From NCBI GenBank assembly GCA_041752695.1, contig JBGSVZ010000016.1, forward strand, positions 9,222-73,221: a stretch of 64,000 nt of DNA, in the 5' to 3' direction. The notes under the pieces are model-generated. The model was not told the origin of the DNA, searched no databases, and was given only the letters and a program-made list of their open reading frames with translations. The position numbers and the translations under genes were made by a program. Origin of the DNA: Terrimicrobiaceae bacterium. GTDB lineage: Bacteria > Verrucomicrobiota > Verrucomicrobiia > Chthoniobacterales > Terrimicrobiaceae. Positions 27,608-37,721 of this stretch are shown here, one piece after another (positions within the stretch are counted from its first letter, which is position 1; every line of letters starts with the position of its first letter).

Positions 27608-27782
27608 ACCACGGATGATCCCTCAAGGGCACTGATAGGTTGGGATGGAAAAATCACAGGACAACCGCAGATCGCGCGGAGGCCGGAATCGATGTGCGTG
27701 GTTTCTACCCGGCATCTCCATCCGTGCAATCCGCGGTCTTCTCTTCCGTTCGTTTAGTGTCCTTTAGTGCAGATTAGTGGTT
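27607..27782. repeat. REP-like intergenic element (AACCACGGAT ... ATCCGTG/TTAGTG units)
   Basis: aaccacggat at 27607; atccgtgca atccgcggt near 27720; ttagtgtcct ttagtgcaga ttagtggtt to 27782. Confidence 0.65.
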
Positions 27783-27789
27783 TACCCGC

Positions 27790-28941
27790 ATGGACTTTGA
27801 CCAATTTCTCACCCGCGAACTCCAACGCATCGAGGAGGCGGGTTTGCTGCGGTCCTTGCGCATATTGGAGTCACCGCAGGGTGCGCGCGTGCTTTGCAAT
27901 GGGCAGCCCCTGGTCAATTTTTCATCGAATGACTATCTCGGCCTGGCGGCTCATCCACGACTTCGTGAGGCGGCCCGGAATGCGCTGGAAGAAGCCGGAA
28001 CCGGGGCGGGCGCGTCGAGGCTGGTTTGTGGCAATCATCGGGAACACGAACTTTTGGAAGACGCGCTGGCGCGATTCAAGGGCACCGAGTCCGCGCTGAC
28101 ATTCTCCACCGGCTACGCGGCGGCGCTGGGCGTGATTCCTGCGGTGGTCGGCTCGGGAGACGTCGTCATCCTGGACAAACTTTGCCATGCCTGCCTGGTG
28201 GACGGGGCGAGGCTAAGTGGTGCGGCGCTAAGGGTGTTCCCTCACAACAACCTGGAAAAACTCGAAAGCCATCTCCGATGGGCAAGGGAGAAACACCCTT
28301 CCTCTCGCGTGCTGGTGGGGGTGGAGTCGGTGTACAGTATGGACGGCGACCGGGCGCCTTTGCGGGAGATGGTCGCCCTCAAGGAACGTCATGGGGCGTG
28401 GTTGATGGTGGACGAAGCGCATGGCGTGGGCGTGATCGGGCCGGCCGGCCGTGGACTGGCAGACGAACTCGGGGTGGGCGAACAAATCGAGATCCAAATG
28501 GGCACGCTGGGCAAGGCGCTGGGCTCATCCGGGGCCTACCTCTGCGGCAGTTCGGCGTTGCGCGAATATCTGATCAATCGCGCCCGGAGCTTCATTTTTT
28601 CCACGGCACCGGGCCCAGCCACCGCGGCGGCCTCCCGGGCGTCGGTGGAGGTTTTATCCTCTGCCGAGGGGACGGGGCTGCTCGAACGCTTGTGGACAAA
28701 CATCCGCGCGATGGGCGAGGGGCTGGCGGGGGCGAGGACGGAAAGTGCCATTTTTCCGGTGGTGATTGGCGGAGAACTCGAGGCCGTCGAACGCTCGCGG
28801 GTGTTGCAGGAAGCGGGCTTTCTGGTCCCGGCCATTCGGTATCCCACCGTGTCGCGAGGATCGGCCCGGCTGCGGATCGCGCTCAGCGCGGCGCATGAGC
28901 TTTCGGAAATTCATCGCCTCGTCGAGGCGCTCCGCTATTGA
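27790..28941 (+). CDS. bioF: 8-amino-7-oxononanoate synthase
   Basis: FSSNDYLGL, GAGASRLV, HACLVDG, YSMDGD, VDEAH, GTLGKALG. Confidence 0.93.
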   Translation: MDFDQFLTRELQRIEEAGLLRSLRILESPQGARVLCNGQPLVNFSSNDYLGLAAHPRLREAARNALEEAGTGAGASRLVCGNHREHELLEDALARFKGTESALTFSTGYAAALGVIPAVVGSGDVVILDKLCHACLVDGARLSGAALRVFPHNNLEKLESHLRWAREKHPSSRVLVGVESVYSMDGDRAPLREMVALKERHGAWLMVDEAHGVGVIGPAGRGLADELGVGEQIEIQMGTLGKALGSSGAYLCGSSALREYLINRARSFIFSTAPGPATAAASRASVEVLSSAEGTGLLERLWTNIRAMGEGLAGARTESAIFPVVIGGELEAVERSRVLQEAGFLVPAIRYPTVSRGSARLRIALSAAHELSEIHRLVEALRY

Positions 28942-28975
28942 GACAATTTGCCAGGGAAGGAGGGCGCTGCCTGTC

Positions 28976-29674
28976 TTAGGGCGCGCTGGGAACCCCGGTC
29001 GGAACCCCTCCAGGAATCCCCGGAAGACTCGGTGCCAGACCCGCAGCGGACTGGACGGCCGATCCGCCGGCAGACATCACCGGCTGGACGAACGAACTGC
29101 CGGGACCGGAGAAAGGAACAAAATTGCCCATCCCACCCGGACCCGAAAAAAGTTTGCGTCCGGGTTCCTCGGTCCCCTTCGCTTGGTCATTCCCGGCTGC
29201 CTCCGAAGTTTCCGCCGTGTCGCCACCCTTTTTTTTCTGGTCGGTCTGGGTCATCTCAAATGCAGTGATGATCGGCTGAAAGACCGCAATTTCGCCCAGT
29301 TGAATCTCGATGGCCGAGTTGTCGGAGGCGGACTTTTTCGAATCGCCCTGTTCGTCGTTTCCTTTCTGTTCTTCGAGAGCATCCTTGCGCTCGGACCAGA
29401 GACGTCCGTCGTTGGACCGATCCTTCTGCAGGCCGAATTTTTTGAAATCGCTCTCCCCCAGCAGCGCGATGGGGATTTTCAGGATGCCCGAATCATTGGA
29501 AATCTTCAGGGTGTAGTCGTCCGTGAGGGTGACGATGCCAAAGAAACTCTGGCCGTCCATTTTGGTGACCTTTTCCTTTTTTGGGACAGACGGGGTCTCG
29601 GCAGGGGTTTGCGCCAACGTAATGCTGGTGGCGAGCGTGCCGCAGACGAGAAGGGACCAGAGAGTGCGTTTCAT
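28976..29674 (-). CDS. Secreted hypothetical protein
   Basis: ATG 29674 MKRTLWSLLVCGTLATSITLAQ signal peptide; Gly/Pro-rich tail. Confidence 0.7.
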   Translation of the reverse strand: MKRTLWSLLVCGTLATSITLAQTPAETPSVPKKEKVTKMDGQSFFGIVTLTDDYTLKISNDSGILKIPIALLGESDFKKFGLQKDRSNDGRLWSERKDALEEQKGNDEQGDSKKSASDNSAIEIQLGEIAVFQPIITAFEMTQTDQKKKGGDTAETSEAAGNDQAKGTEEPGRKLFSGPGGMGNFVPFSGPGSSFVQPVMSAGGSAVQSAAGLAPSLPGIPGGVPTGVPSAP

Positions 29675-29724
29675 GCCGAACCTGATGGGACAATTTCCTG
29701 CGAAAAGCGGTCTTCCGCAACACT

Positions 29725-30540
29725 TTAGTTGTCCGCAAAGGCGGCAACTTGGTCGATGATGACGTCGGCCATGGCGGGCTCGGTCCCGATGGCGCTGGCG
29801 TAGAAAAGTCGACGCCCGCGCAGATTGTAGGGATTGCGGCGAAAAACCTCCGCCTGACTGGCGGCGACGCCGGTGGTCTGTTCGATGCCCAGCAGCACCG
29901 GGATATCTTCGTAGCTGTGCAGTCCGTCCGCGATGAAAAACGGGACGACCACCACGTTCGGTTGGGTGGAGAGCGTGTCCCAATCGGAAATCAGGGGGGC
30001 TTCCTCCATGTACGTGGAAATGACCTCAGCGTATTCGCCCATCGCGGCAATTTTCGCGACCTGTTCCTTGGCCGCGGCGGCGGAATTGTCGTTCAGATTG
30101 GTCCCGTGGCCCACAATAAAAAGGCTCGTCTCGGACGGGGGAATGCCAGGCGCCGTTTCCCGGGCGCGGTGCAGCAAGGCCTCGGTCATGCGCGGATGGC
30201 TGCCCACCGGGGCGCAATAGTGGAGTGTATGCCGTCCAAGGCGGGTGACTGGCCCGGTGATCTCCATCTCCCGGGGGATGACGGTGCGGGTGAAATAGCC
30301 TTCGCTGATAAAGTTGGGCACCACGAACACGTCGTCGCTTTCCACCATGCGCAGCACTTCGCGCAGGGAGGGGTCTTCTTTCCAAAAACACGAAAACACT
30401 TCGCGGAAAAGCCCTCGCTCGCGAATCGTGCGGGCATGATCATGGGTCGGGGCGCTGGAATCGGGATTCACGGTCGAACCGTGGCCGACGATCACGAGGG
30501 CACTTTCCGCAAAGCGGGTGGACGGGGATGGCGATGTCAT
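29725..30540 (-). CDS. CbiX/SirB-type chelatase-like protein (two CbiX domains)
   Basis: VIVGHGS and FIVGHGT, VVPNFISEGYF, VVPFFIADGLH. Confidence 0.82.
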   Translation of the reverse strand: MTSPSPSTRFAESALVIVGHGSTVNPDSSAPTHDHARTIRERGLFREVFSCFWKEDPSLREVLRMVESDDVFVVPNFISEGYFTRTVIPREMEITGPVTRLGRHTLHYCAPVGSHPRMTEALLHRARETAPGIPPSETSLFIVGHGTNLNDNSAAAAKEQVAKIAAMGEYAEVISTYMEEAPLISDWDTLSTQPNVVVVPFFIADGLHSYEDIPVLLGIEQTTGVAASQAEVFRRNPYNLRGRRLFYASAIGTEPAMADVIIDQVAAFADN

Positions 30541-30613
30541 GGGTAAATTATGGGAAGGTACGCGGCCAACCGGACTCTGGCTGCAAAATCCGCAGGGCGA
30601 AGAGCGGGCGACC

Positions 30614-31774
30614 TTAGGGCTCAAGCAGGTCTTGGCAGACCCGCGCGGCGTCGAAATGGTTCTCCGCGTAGGCCCTCGCCGCCTCGGAATGGTGCGCGTA
30701 ATTTTGGGAAACTTTTTCGATGCCCGAAACCGCCTCCTCCAGCGTGGAAAATGCCAGGGCCCCGTCTCCACTCGGCAGGTGGTCACTCCACCCCGTGTCC
30801 TGCACCACGACCGGCTTTCCGGCGGCCAGGTAACACGCGCTGCGGCAACTGAACCAGCCGCTCCGGGACTTCACATAGCCGTTTTTCGCGATGCTCCACT
30901 CGGCTTTGCTGGCCGAGAGGAAATCGTGGTAGGTTGCATAATCCGGAAGGTGGTCATCCGGTTCGATGATGGTCCACCCGAGAGATTCCAATTTCTCCGT
31001 CGGCCGGTTTTTTCCGGGACCCTGACCCATCGCCAGGACAAATTTTTCCGACGTTCGGGAAGGCAGGTCCAAAAAGCGGAGAAACTCGATGTCTTTCTGG
31101 CCGTAGGTTTCCCCCTCAAATTCCTCGGGTTTGTAACTGGCCCAGTTCATCACCGTCGTCCAGGCGTTCGCGGCCACGGACGGATTGGTGGGAGGGCTAG
31201 AGGGTTTCCAAAGGTCGAGAGCAATGGGCTGGACGGTGGGCCGCCAGGTGAGGCCGGCCGTGGGGACCTTGCATCCGGGCTTACCAAGATTCAGGCCAAA
31301 GCTGTAGTGCCGTTCGTGCGCCAGCACCCGTTGCAAATATTCGGGCTTCGACTCGTTGAGTTTGGTCTGGGTGAACATCGGATCGCCATCCAGGAAAAGT
31401 TTGGTGGGCACGGCGGCTGTGAGGGGACGCAGCCAGCAGGCCCCGGAGACGTTGGCGAGGACATCGGCGCTGGCGAGAATTTTTTCCGCCTCCGCCTCGT
31501 TGGCGACGCCGTGGTATTGGCCGTCCGGCTCGTTGCGGTAGATCCATCGGTCGCCCATGTCGAATTTCCGCATGATGCGGTCGAGGTAGGCAACATTGTG
31601 CGAACAATCCGCGCTCGGCTCTTGCTTGACGGGATCGTAGGCCCAGTTCGCCGAATCCTCCAAATACCACACATCGTGGCCGAGGGCTTTGAAGCCGAGA
31701 ACATACTGGATGTAATCCCACGTCACGCCCCCAAAGGCGTATTGGCCGATCAGTCCGGTGACAACGATGCGCAT
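30614..31774 (-). CDS. Uncharacterised GT-B glycosyltransferase-like protein
   Basis: GGVTWDYIQY, LGHDVWYLED, C-terminal SCRSACYLAAGKPVVVQD resembling Glyco_trans_1_2. Confidence 0.6.
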   Translation of the reverse strand: MRIVVTGLIGQYAFGGVTWDYIQYVLGFKALGHDVWYLEDSANWAYDPVKQEPSADCSHNVAYLDRIMRKFDMGDRWIYRNEPDGQYHGVANEAEAEKILASADVLANVSGACWLRPLTAAVPTKLFLDGDPMFTQTKLNESKPEYLQRVLAHERHYSFGLNLGKPGCKVPTAGLTWRPTVQPIALDLWKPSSPPTNPSVAANAWTTVMNWASYKPEEFEGETYGQKDIEFLRFLDLPSRTSEKFVLAMGQGPGKNRPTEKLESLGWTIIEPDDHLPDYATYHDFLSASKAEWSIAKNGYVKSRSGWFSCRSACYLAAGKPVVVQDTGWSDHLPSGDGALAFSTLEEAVSGIEKVSQNYAHHSEAARAYAENHFDAARVCQDLLEP

Positions 31775-31831
31775 GGTCGCGACGCTAGAGGGCGCGGTGC
31801 CTGTCGGCAAGTCGATGCAGATCGGATGGTG

Positions 31832-32911
31832 CTACGGGAGTTCTTCGTCGAAACAAACCGCGACCTTGCCACATTTTCCCGAGGCCATCAGAGCGTAGGC
31901 TTCATCGACGTTCTCCAAGGCGAAACGATGGGTGATGAGATCGGCCGGATGCAGGTTCCAACGGACGAGTCGTTCCACCAGTTCCATCATTTTCCAGGTG
32001 GAGGTGACCCAGGAACCCAAGAGCGATTTCTGATCATGGATCATGTCGGGAGAGGGATTCATCTCCATCCGCCCTCCCTCGCCGATCATGACCATTTTGC
32101 CCCATTTTCGGGTGGCGCGAATGGCCAGGGATCGCGCGGTATGGTGGGCGGAACACTCGACGGCCCGCTCCACACCGTGACCTCCGGTGAGGAGCCGGAC
32201 TTCGTTCTCCGTGTCCGGCCCGGCCAGAAGCACTTCGTCACAAAGGTTCAGGTCCCGGGCAATAGCGTTGCGTTCGGGCAGGGCATCCACGCCGATGATT
32301 TTTTGAGCGCCGAGCTTGCGGCAGAGCGCCGCGGCAGCCAGACCGACGGGGCCGAGTCCCGTGATCAAAACCCGGTCGTTGCCGCTGATGCCAATCTTCT
32401 CAAGGCCCTCATAGACTGTGCCAAAGCCGCAGGCGATCTGCGCGCCGTCGGCGTAGCTTAGTTCGTCTGGCAAATGGATCAGATCCTTTTCCTCGGCGAG
32501 AAGATAGCCGGCCATCCCTCCGTCCCGCTGCCAGCCGTAGGCGCGACGCAGGGTGGGGTGGGTGCAGGAGATCATATATCCGCGGCGGCAGTCGTAACAG
32601 AGTCCGCAGCCCGAGATATGGTAAACGATCACGCGGTCGCCTTTTTGGAACTGACGGCATCCGGGGCCCGTGGCGAGCACCTGCCCCGCGGGTTCGTGTC
32701 CGGCAATCCTTCCCGCCTGGTAACCCTCCGGTCCTTTTCCCAAGTGCTCGTGATAGATACAGCGGATATCCGAGCCACAGATCGTGGAGGCTTTGACGCG
32801 AAGGAGGACTTCTCCGGGGCCTGGAGTGGGGACGTGGAATTCCTTGAGTTCGGTCGTGCTGTTTCCGGGCAGCACAGCGCCTTGCATTTGGTCGGGGATT
32901 GTCGGGGTCAT
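31832..32911 (-). CDS. Zn-dependent sugar/polyol dehydrogenase, YphC-like
   Basis: ICGSD, GHEPAG, CGLCYDCRRG, AYGWQRDGG, GLGPVG, MASGKCGKV. Confidence 0.9.
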   Translation of the reverse strand: MTPTIPDQMQGAVLPGNSTTELKEFHVPTPGPGEVLLRVKASTICGSDIRCIYHEHLGKGPEGYQAGRIAGHEPAGQVLATGPGCRQFQKGDRVIVYHISGCGLCYDCRRGYMISCTHPTLRRAYGWQRDGGMAGYLLAEEKDLIHLPDELSYADGAQIACGFGTVYEGLEKIGISGNDRVLITGLGPVGLAAAALCRKLGAQKIIGVDALPERNAIARDLNLCDEVLLAGPDTENEVRLLTGGHGVERAVECSAHHTARSLAIRATRKWGKMVMIGEGGRMEMNPSPDMIHDQKSLLGSWVTSTWKMMELVERLVRWNLHPADLITHRFALENVDEAYALMASGKCGKVAVCFDEELP

Positions 32912-32918
32912 GGGGTGA

Positions 32919-33950
32919 TTATTGGCAGATGGTTCCGTCAAGATCCCAAAGGTCCTCCCAGCCTGAGGCGCCCTCCCAGAGGAAGACCTGCCCCTTGATG
33001 AGACGGCAGTTCCGGTCGATCCGGGAGAGGGCTTCCATCTCGCTGGGCGTCAACGGATCCTCGGTCACCGCCCGCAGATTTGCGGTGTAATTGCGCGGAT
33101 TTGTCGACATGGGGATGGGGATCTGGCCGCGCTGCACGGCCCATTTGATGCACACCGTGGCGGGATGAGTGCCGTGGGCTTTGGCGATGGAAACCACCAC
33201 AGGATCCTCGAGGTCCACGGTGTCTACGGCGGTCCGATCGCGCTCGGGCCGTCCAGGGGACCCGAGCGGACAGTAGCCGATGGGCACCATGTGGTTGCTC
33301 CGAACAAAGTCAAAAAGGTCCTGCTGTTGGAAGTGGGGGTGCAGTTCCATCTCGTTGGCGGCCGGCGGGACCGACGCGTCGCGCAGGAGGAGTTCCAGCT
33401 TCGGCCGTGTCATGTTGGAAGTGCCGATGTTGCGGACGAGACCCAGGGCGAGAAGTTTTTCCATGGCTTCCCAGGTTTTCATAAAGTCTGCATGGACGTA
33501 GGGCCGGGCTTCCGCGCTGCGGGAATCCACCAGGCATCCCGGAGGGTGAAAATTCGGGAAAGGCCAGTGCACGAAGTAAAGATCGATATAGTCCAACCGC
33601 AGCATTTCCAAGGATCGCTGGCAGGCCGCGATGACGTCATCGGGCCGGTGGTGGTCGTTCCAGACCTTGGAATTGATCCAGAGGTCTGCACGGGGCACCC
33701 CTGACCGCATGACCTGCTCCAGAGACCGGCCGATGAAGTCTTCGTTACCGTAAACTTCCGCGCAGTCGATGTGGCGGTAGCCAACCTCCGCCGCGCCAAT
33801 GACGGCCTCCGCCACCTGCTCGTGGGTGACATGATCAGAGCCAAAGGTCCCGATCCCGACGACAGGAATCGCGCCCTGCGGCATGGCGTGGCGGGGCACG
33901 GAGAGACCGCCGGAGGGGGGCGAGAAGTTTTTATCCACGAGCCAAAGCAT
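32919..33950 (-). CDS. Aldo/keto reductase (start uncertain, 33884-33950)
   Basis: GIGTF, GYRHIDCAEVYGNE, SKVWN, DLYFVHWP, IGTSN. Confidence 0.92.
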   Translation of the reverse strand: MLWLVDKNFSPPSGGLSVPRHAMPQGAIPVVGIGTFGSDHVTHEQVAEAVIGAAEVGYRHIDCAEVYGNEDFIGRSLEQVMRSGVPRADLWINSKVWNDHHRPDDVIAACQRSLEMLRLDYIDLYFVHWPFPNFHPPGCLVDSRSAEARPYVHADFMKTWEAMEKLLALGLVRNIGTSNMTRPKLELLLRDASVPPAANEMELHPHFQQQDLFDFVRSNHMVPIGYCPLGSPGRPERDRTAVDTVDLEDPVVVSIAKAHGTHPATVCIKWAVQRGQIPIPMSTNPRNYTANLRAVTEDPLTPSEMEALSRIDRNCRLIKGQVFLWEGASGWEDLWDLDGTICQ

Positions 33951-33984
33951 AATGGGGGCGGGCGGGTCCGGGGAATGGAGCGTG

Positions 33985-34012
33985 TTGACATTATGATGGA
34001 TATTTTTAACCT
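33985..34012 (+). promoter_or_regulatory. sigma70 promoter of AraC gene
   Basis: TTGACA-16bp-TAACCT upstream of ATG 34028. Confidence 0.55.
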
Positions 34013-34027
34013 CCCGAAGTGTCTGCC

Positions 34028-34891
34028 ATGGAGCCACTCCCTCCCTTTGTCGCCCGTCGTGTGATCCGTGGACGATACGTCTTTTCTCCATCCGGAGGGC
34101 GGGTGGCGCCCCGCTCGATCAGGGTGGTCTGTGCCGGGTATGAGGAGTGTTCAGCCGATTACGAGTTGGAACGGGAGAATTTTCCCTACGCAGCGGTGGA
34201 GTATATTTCCGGCGGAATGTGGGAACTGGCTTCCGGCGGCAGGGTTTGGAAATTGGAACCCGGGATGATCTTTACCTACGGACCGGGGGTTTCTTACACG
34301 ATCCGGGCGCGTTCGCGGGTCGGATTGCGCAAGTATTTCGTGGATTTTGAGGGACCCGACGTGGCGGGAGTCATGAGGCGGGCGGGCCTGAATCCGGGCG
34401 TGCCCGAGAGGCTGGCGCATCCTCGCTGGCTGCAGGATCTGATGGAGCAGCTGATCGATACGGCCCGTCTGAAATCTCCGAAACGGCAAAAGTTGGGATC
34501 GATTCTCGCCGGCCTGATCCTGACGCGACTGCCCATGGACCGGGAAGTGGGGGGATCGCAGCAAATGGCCTCACGTTTGAGTTACGATCGCTGCCGGGAA
34601 TATCTTTCCCGTCATTATCTGGAGATTAAGGATTTTGCCCTCGCTGCAAAAATGTGCGGTGTCTCGCCGGTGCACATGTGCCGCCTGTTTCGCCGTTACG
34701 CCGGGGAGACTCCGCATGTCTTCGTGACGCGGCTCAAGATCAATCACGCTGCCGAACTCATTGTCCGTGGGGATGTGGCGGTCAAGGCCGCCGCCCTGGA
34801 AGTGGGCTACGCCGACCCGTATCATTTTTCGCGAGTTTTCAAGGCGATGCATGGCCAGGCGCCCTCGAAATTTCGCGGCGGACGTCCCTGA
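34028..34891 (+). CDS. AraC family transcriptional regulator
   Basis: Cupin-like N-terminus; SPVHMCRLF, VGYADPYHFSRVFK..P..FR. Confidence 0.92.
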   Translation: MEPLPPFVARRVIRGRYVFSPSGGRVAPRSIRVVCAGYEECSADYELERENFPYAAVEYISGGMWELASGGRVWKLEPGMIFTYGPGVSYTIRARSRVGLRKYFVDFEGPDVAGVMRRAGLNPGVPERLAHPRWLQDLMEQLIDTARLKSPKRQKLGSILAGLILTRLPMDREVGGSQQMASRLSYDRCREYLSRHYLEIKDFALAAKMCGVSPVHMCRLFRRYAGETPHVFVTRLKINHAAELIVRGDVAVKAAALEVGYADPYHFSRVFKAMHGQAPSKFRGGRP

Positions 34892-34957
34892 GAATGGCCG
34901 GAAGCGTGCGCCCGCGTCCCCGTCATTTCACGATGATGCCCTTTGGGTCCGGGGTAA

Positions 34958-35040
34958 TCGGCTCGGCGGGACTCGAACCCGCACGGTATTTCTACCAGCA
35001 GATTTTAAGTCTGCTGTGTCTGCCATTTCACCACGAGCCG
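34958..35040 (-). tRNA. tRNA-Leu (TAA), CCA not encoded
   Basis: CGGCTCG acceptor, TGGTGAAATGGCAGACAC D-arm, GCAGA-CTTAAAA-TCTGC, long variable arm, GCGGG-TTCGAGT-CCCGC, discriminator A. Confidence 0.95.
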
Positions 35041-35104
35041 GAATAAAGGAGCGTGCCAGAAAGTTCGGGCAAAGGCCAGCCTCAAGGGAGTCCGAACCTT
35101 CCCG

Positions 35105-36115
35105 TCAGGCGGCGCTGAGTTTTTGTAAAGCCCGGAGAGGTTCGGTGCCGCGCCCGGAGTCGAGGGTCGCGGTGGCCAGGTCCAGACCCGCTCGAGGCGA
35201 AGCGGCGACTCCGGCCACTGTCAGGGCGCAGGCCGTGTTGAGGGCGACGATGTCGCGTTTGGGGCCAGGGAGTTTCCCGCTGAGAAGGTTTTCGATGGTG
35301 TGGGCATTTTCGGCGGCGTCCCCGCCCCGGAGATCCTCCAGGGTGGCGGGGCAGAGCCCGAAGTCTGACGGGTCGAGGACGGTCTGGCTGAACGAGCCAT
35401 CCTGCACGGCGTGGATGAGGGAGGGGCCCAGGGTAGAGATTTCATCGAGGCCGCCTGCGCCATGGACGGCCCACGCCCTGCGGCGGCCGAGCAAAGCGAA
35501 GGTTTCCGCGTAGGCTGAGAGCAGGGATTTGTGAAAAACCCCCGACAGTTGAAAATCCGGGCGAGCCGGGTTGAGCAGCGGCCCGAGCATGTTGAAGATG
35601 CTGGCGCTTCCTTCCTCGGCCAGGGCCTTGCGCACGGGTGCGACGGCTTTGAAGGAGGGATGGTAGAGGGGGGCGAAGAGAAAACAACACCCGGCCGCTT
35701 CGAGCGCGCCGGCAGGAGGCAGGTCAAGGCGGATGCCCAGCGCTTCGAGCACGTCGGCTCCGCCGCATTTCGAGGTGATGCCCCGGTTTCCGTGTTTCAC
35801 CACCCGGGCCCCGCACGCTGCGGAAAGAAACATCACCGCGGTGGAAACGTTGAACAATCCGGCCTTGTCGCCGCCCGTGCCACAGACGTCGAGCATCCCG
35901 GGGCCGAGCGAGGGTTGCACCGCGCGCGCCAGCAAGGCGTGCACGAATTCGGCAATTTCGGCGGGAGTCTCGCCTTTGCGGTGAAGGGCCCGGAGGAAAT
36001 CCGCGCGTTCGGCGAGCGGGACCGATTCCTCCAAGAGGGCCTCGCAGGCCACGGCGATGTCCGGGGCGGAGAGATCCGTGGAAGCGCGGAGTTTTTCAGT
36101 GAGAGCGGTGAGCAC
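35105..36115 (-). CDS. trpD: Anthranilate phosphoribosyltransferase
   Basis: DVCGTGGD, FNVST, KHGNR, GADVLEALG, FNMLGPLLNP, GLDEIS; GTG 36115. Confidence 0.95.
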   Translation of the reverse strand: MLTALTEKLRASTDLSAPDIAVACEALLEESVPLAERADFLRALHRKGETPAEIAEFVHALLARAVQPSLGPGMLDVCGTGGDKAGLFNVSTAVMFLSAACGARVVKHGNRGITSKCGGADVLEALGIRLDLPPAGALEAAGCCFLFAPLYHPSFKAVAPVRKALAEEGSASIFNMLGPLLNPARPDFQLSGVFHKSLLSAYAETFALLGRRRAWAVHGAGGLDEISTLGPSLIHAVQDGSFSQTVLDPSDFGLCPATLEDLRGGDAAENAHTIENLLSGKLPGPKRDIVALNTACALTVAGVAASPRAGLDLATATLDSGRGTEPLRALQKLSAA

Positions 36116-36117
36116 GA

Positions 36118-36999
36118 TCAGAGAAGAATGAGAAGGATCGCGCCAAAGAGCAAGATCGCGCCAAGGAGGCGTCGGGTCATCACTCCACGGCCCGCCTCCA
36201 GATCGCGCAACCCCAGCAGGTGGCCCCCTGTCCAGGCCGCCACGACGCTCCAGATGCTTCGTGAACTGTAAATCACGTTTGCCATGGTGGCGTCCCTGGT
36301 CCAGATGAGGGAAAAAAAGAAGCAGAGAATCTGCGCTCCAAACAAAACGGCTCCCCACCATAAGGACCGGCGGGCGACGGGAGGCGCGAGGAAGGCGGCC
36401 GGGTCCTTCCAGCCATAAAACATCACGGATAACAGCCCTGCCGTCGCGAACATCACCGGAGGAAAAGCGGGGCGATCAAAAGTTTGTCCCCAATTTTGAA
36501 TGAGCACATCAGCCAGAGAATAAAGGGCCGCGCCGACGAGCGAGACGGTCACCGTGAGCCCGACCGCGCGGCCGGGGCGTTGTTTTCCACTGGCAATGAG
36601 GGCGATGGCGGCAGAGGCCGCGAGGGCGGCGAGCCAGAGCCGGGCACTCACCGGTGCCTGGAAAACCAGCACATTAATCACCGTGACGAATAGAATTTTG
36701 GTGCCAAGCAACGGAGTGGCCAGGGAAACGTCGCCACGGCTGAGCGCGGTGAAGGTGCAGAACTGGCCGAGGAAAAAGATGCCGCCGCAAAGCAGGGGCT
36801 GCCAGAGGGGAGCGTTGGGAATTTCCGGCCGGTCGAGGATCCAGAGCGGCTGGACGATGAGGCCCATTCCGACATTGACCGCGACATTGACTTGCGCGGC
36901 GGAGGCCCCGCGCTCCAGCGCACTTTTCAGGAAAAGAGAAGCCGCCGTGTAGAGGAGGGCGGCGAGGAAAGCGAAGGCTGCGCCGTGCGCGATAGTCAC
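36118..36999 (-). CDS. DMT/EamA-like membrane transporter
   Basis: About 10 TM; ALSRGDVSLATPLLGTK; GTG 36999. Confidence 0.75.
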   Translation of the reverse strand: MTIAHGAAFAFLAALLYTAASLFLKSALERGASAAQVNVAVNVGMGLIVQPLWILDRPEIPNAPLWQPLLCGGIFFLGQFCTFTALSRGDVSLATPLLGTKILFVTVINVLVFQAPVSARLWLAALAASAAIALIASGKQRPGRAVGLTVTVSLVGAALYSLADVLIQNWGQTFDRPAFPPVMFATAGLLSVMFYGWKDPAAFLAPPVARRSLWWGAVLFGAQILCFFFSLIWTRDATMANVIYSSRSIWSVVAAWTGGHLLGLRDLEAGRGVMTRRLLGAILLFGAILLILL

Positions 37000-37000
37000 A

Positions 37001-37672
37001 TCAGGCGCGGGCAAGGAGGTCGCGGAGATCCGGCGCACTCCATTGGCCTGGCACCTGGGGTTCTGCCAGCCAGCCGTAGTTGAGGACAGAACCGGCCCGG
37101 GCGAAAAGCAGGCGCGAGGCTCGGCCGAGGGTTCCCATACCCATGACGGCGAGAGGACCCTGCGCTTCGGCCTGCAGGATGAGCAGGCGGGCGACATCGG
37201 CGGGCTTTTCAGTTTTCGCGGCAATTTTCACCACGTCGGCCCCGCCTTCGCGCGCCCGATTGGACCAGACGCGCAGGCGGGAAAGGGGAGGGGTGACCTC
37301 AAAATCGTGGAAGGAGACGATGACGGTCTTTTTGGCCCGGTGGGCTGCTTTGATGAGTTCGTCGAAGGCCCGCAGTGAGCGGCCTTCGATATCCACCGCG
37401 GCGGCGGCGGGAAGGAGTTCGAGATACAGACCAAGGCGTTCCGCATCGGAGATTTGGAGACTGCCTCCCTCGTCGAAACGGCGGACCGTGAGGATGACCG
37501 GCAGGGGGAGGGCGGACATTTGGTCGCAGGAAGGGGGTTGGGGAAGCATATCGGCGCGCACTTCGACGGCGTCGAGGGGGGATTTGCCAGCCGCGGCGAA
37601 ACCGGCGGTGGTGTGGATGACCCCGACAATGTTCGGTTTGTTGAGCGGAATTCGCCTTTGCTTTTGACGCAT
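37001..37672 (-). CDS. aroD: Type I 3-dehydroquinate dehydratase
   Basis: VEVRAD, ILTVR..EGG, VSFHDF..TP, ADVVKIA, MGMG..GRASR, PGQ. Confidence 0.92.
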   Translation of the reverse strand: MRQKQRRIPLNKPNIVGVIHTTAGFAAAGKSPLDAVEVRADMLPQPPSCDQMSALPLPVILTVRRFDEGGSLQISDAERLGLYLELLPAAAAVDIEGRSLRAFDELIKAAHRAKKTVIVSFHDFEVTPPLSRLRVWSNRAREGGADVVKIAAKTEKPADVARLLILQAEAQGPLAVMGMGTLGRASRLLFARAGSVLNYGWLAEPQVPGQWSAPDLRDLLARA

Positions 37673-37721
37673 AACGGGAGAGTAAATAGAAGGTGTCCGG
37701 CCGGAAGGCCAGTCGGTATAT

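Noticed and set aside
30518..32461. 647-aa plus-strand ORF
   Set aside because: Antisense to two genes with clear family motifs.
31775..34957. Integrative island at tRNA-Leu
   Set aside because: No integrase and no duplicate of the tRNA 3' end found by eye.
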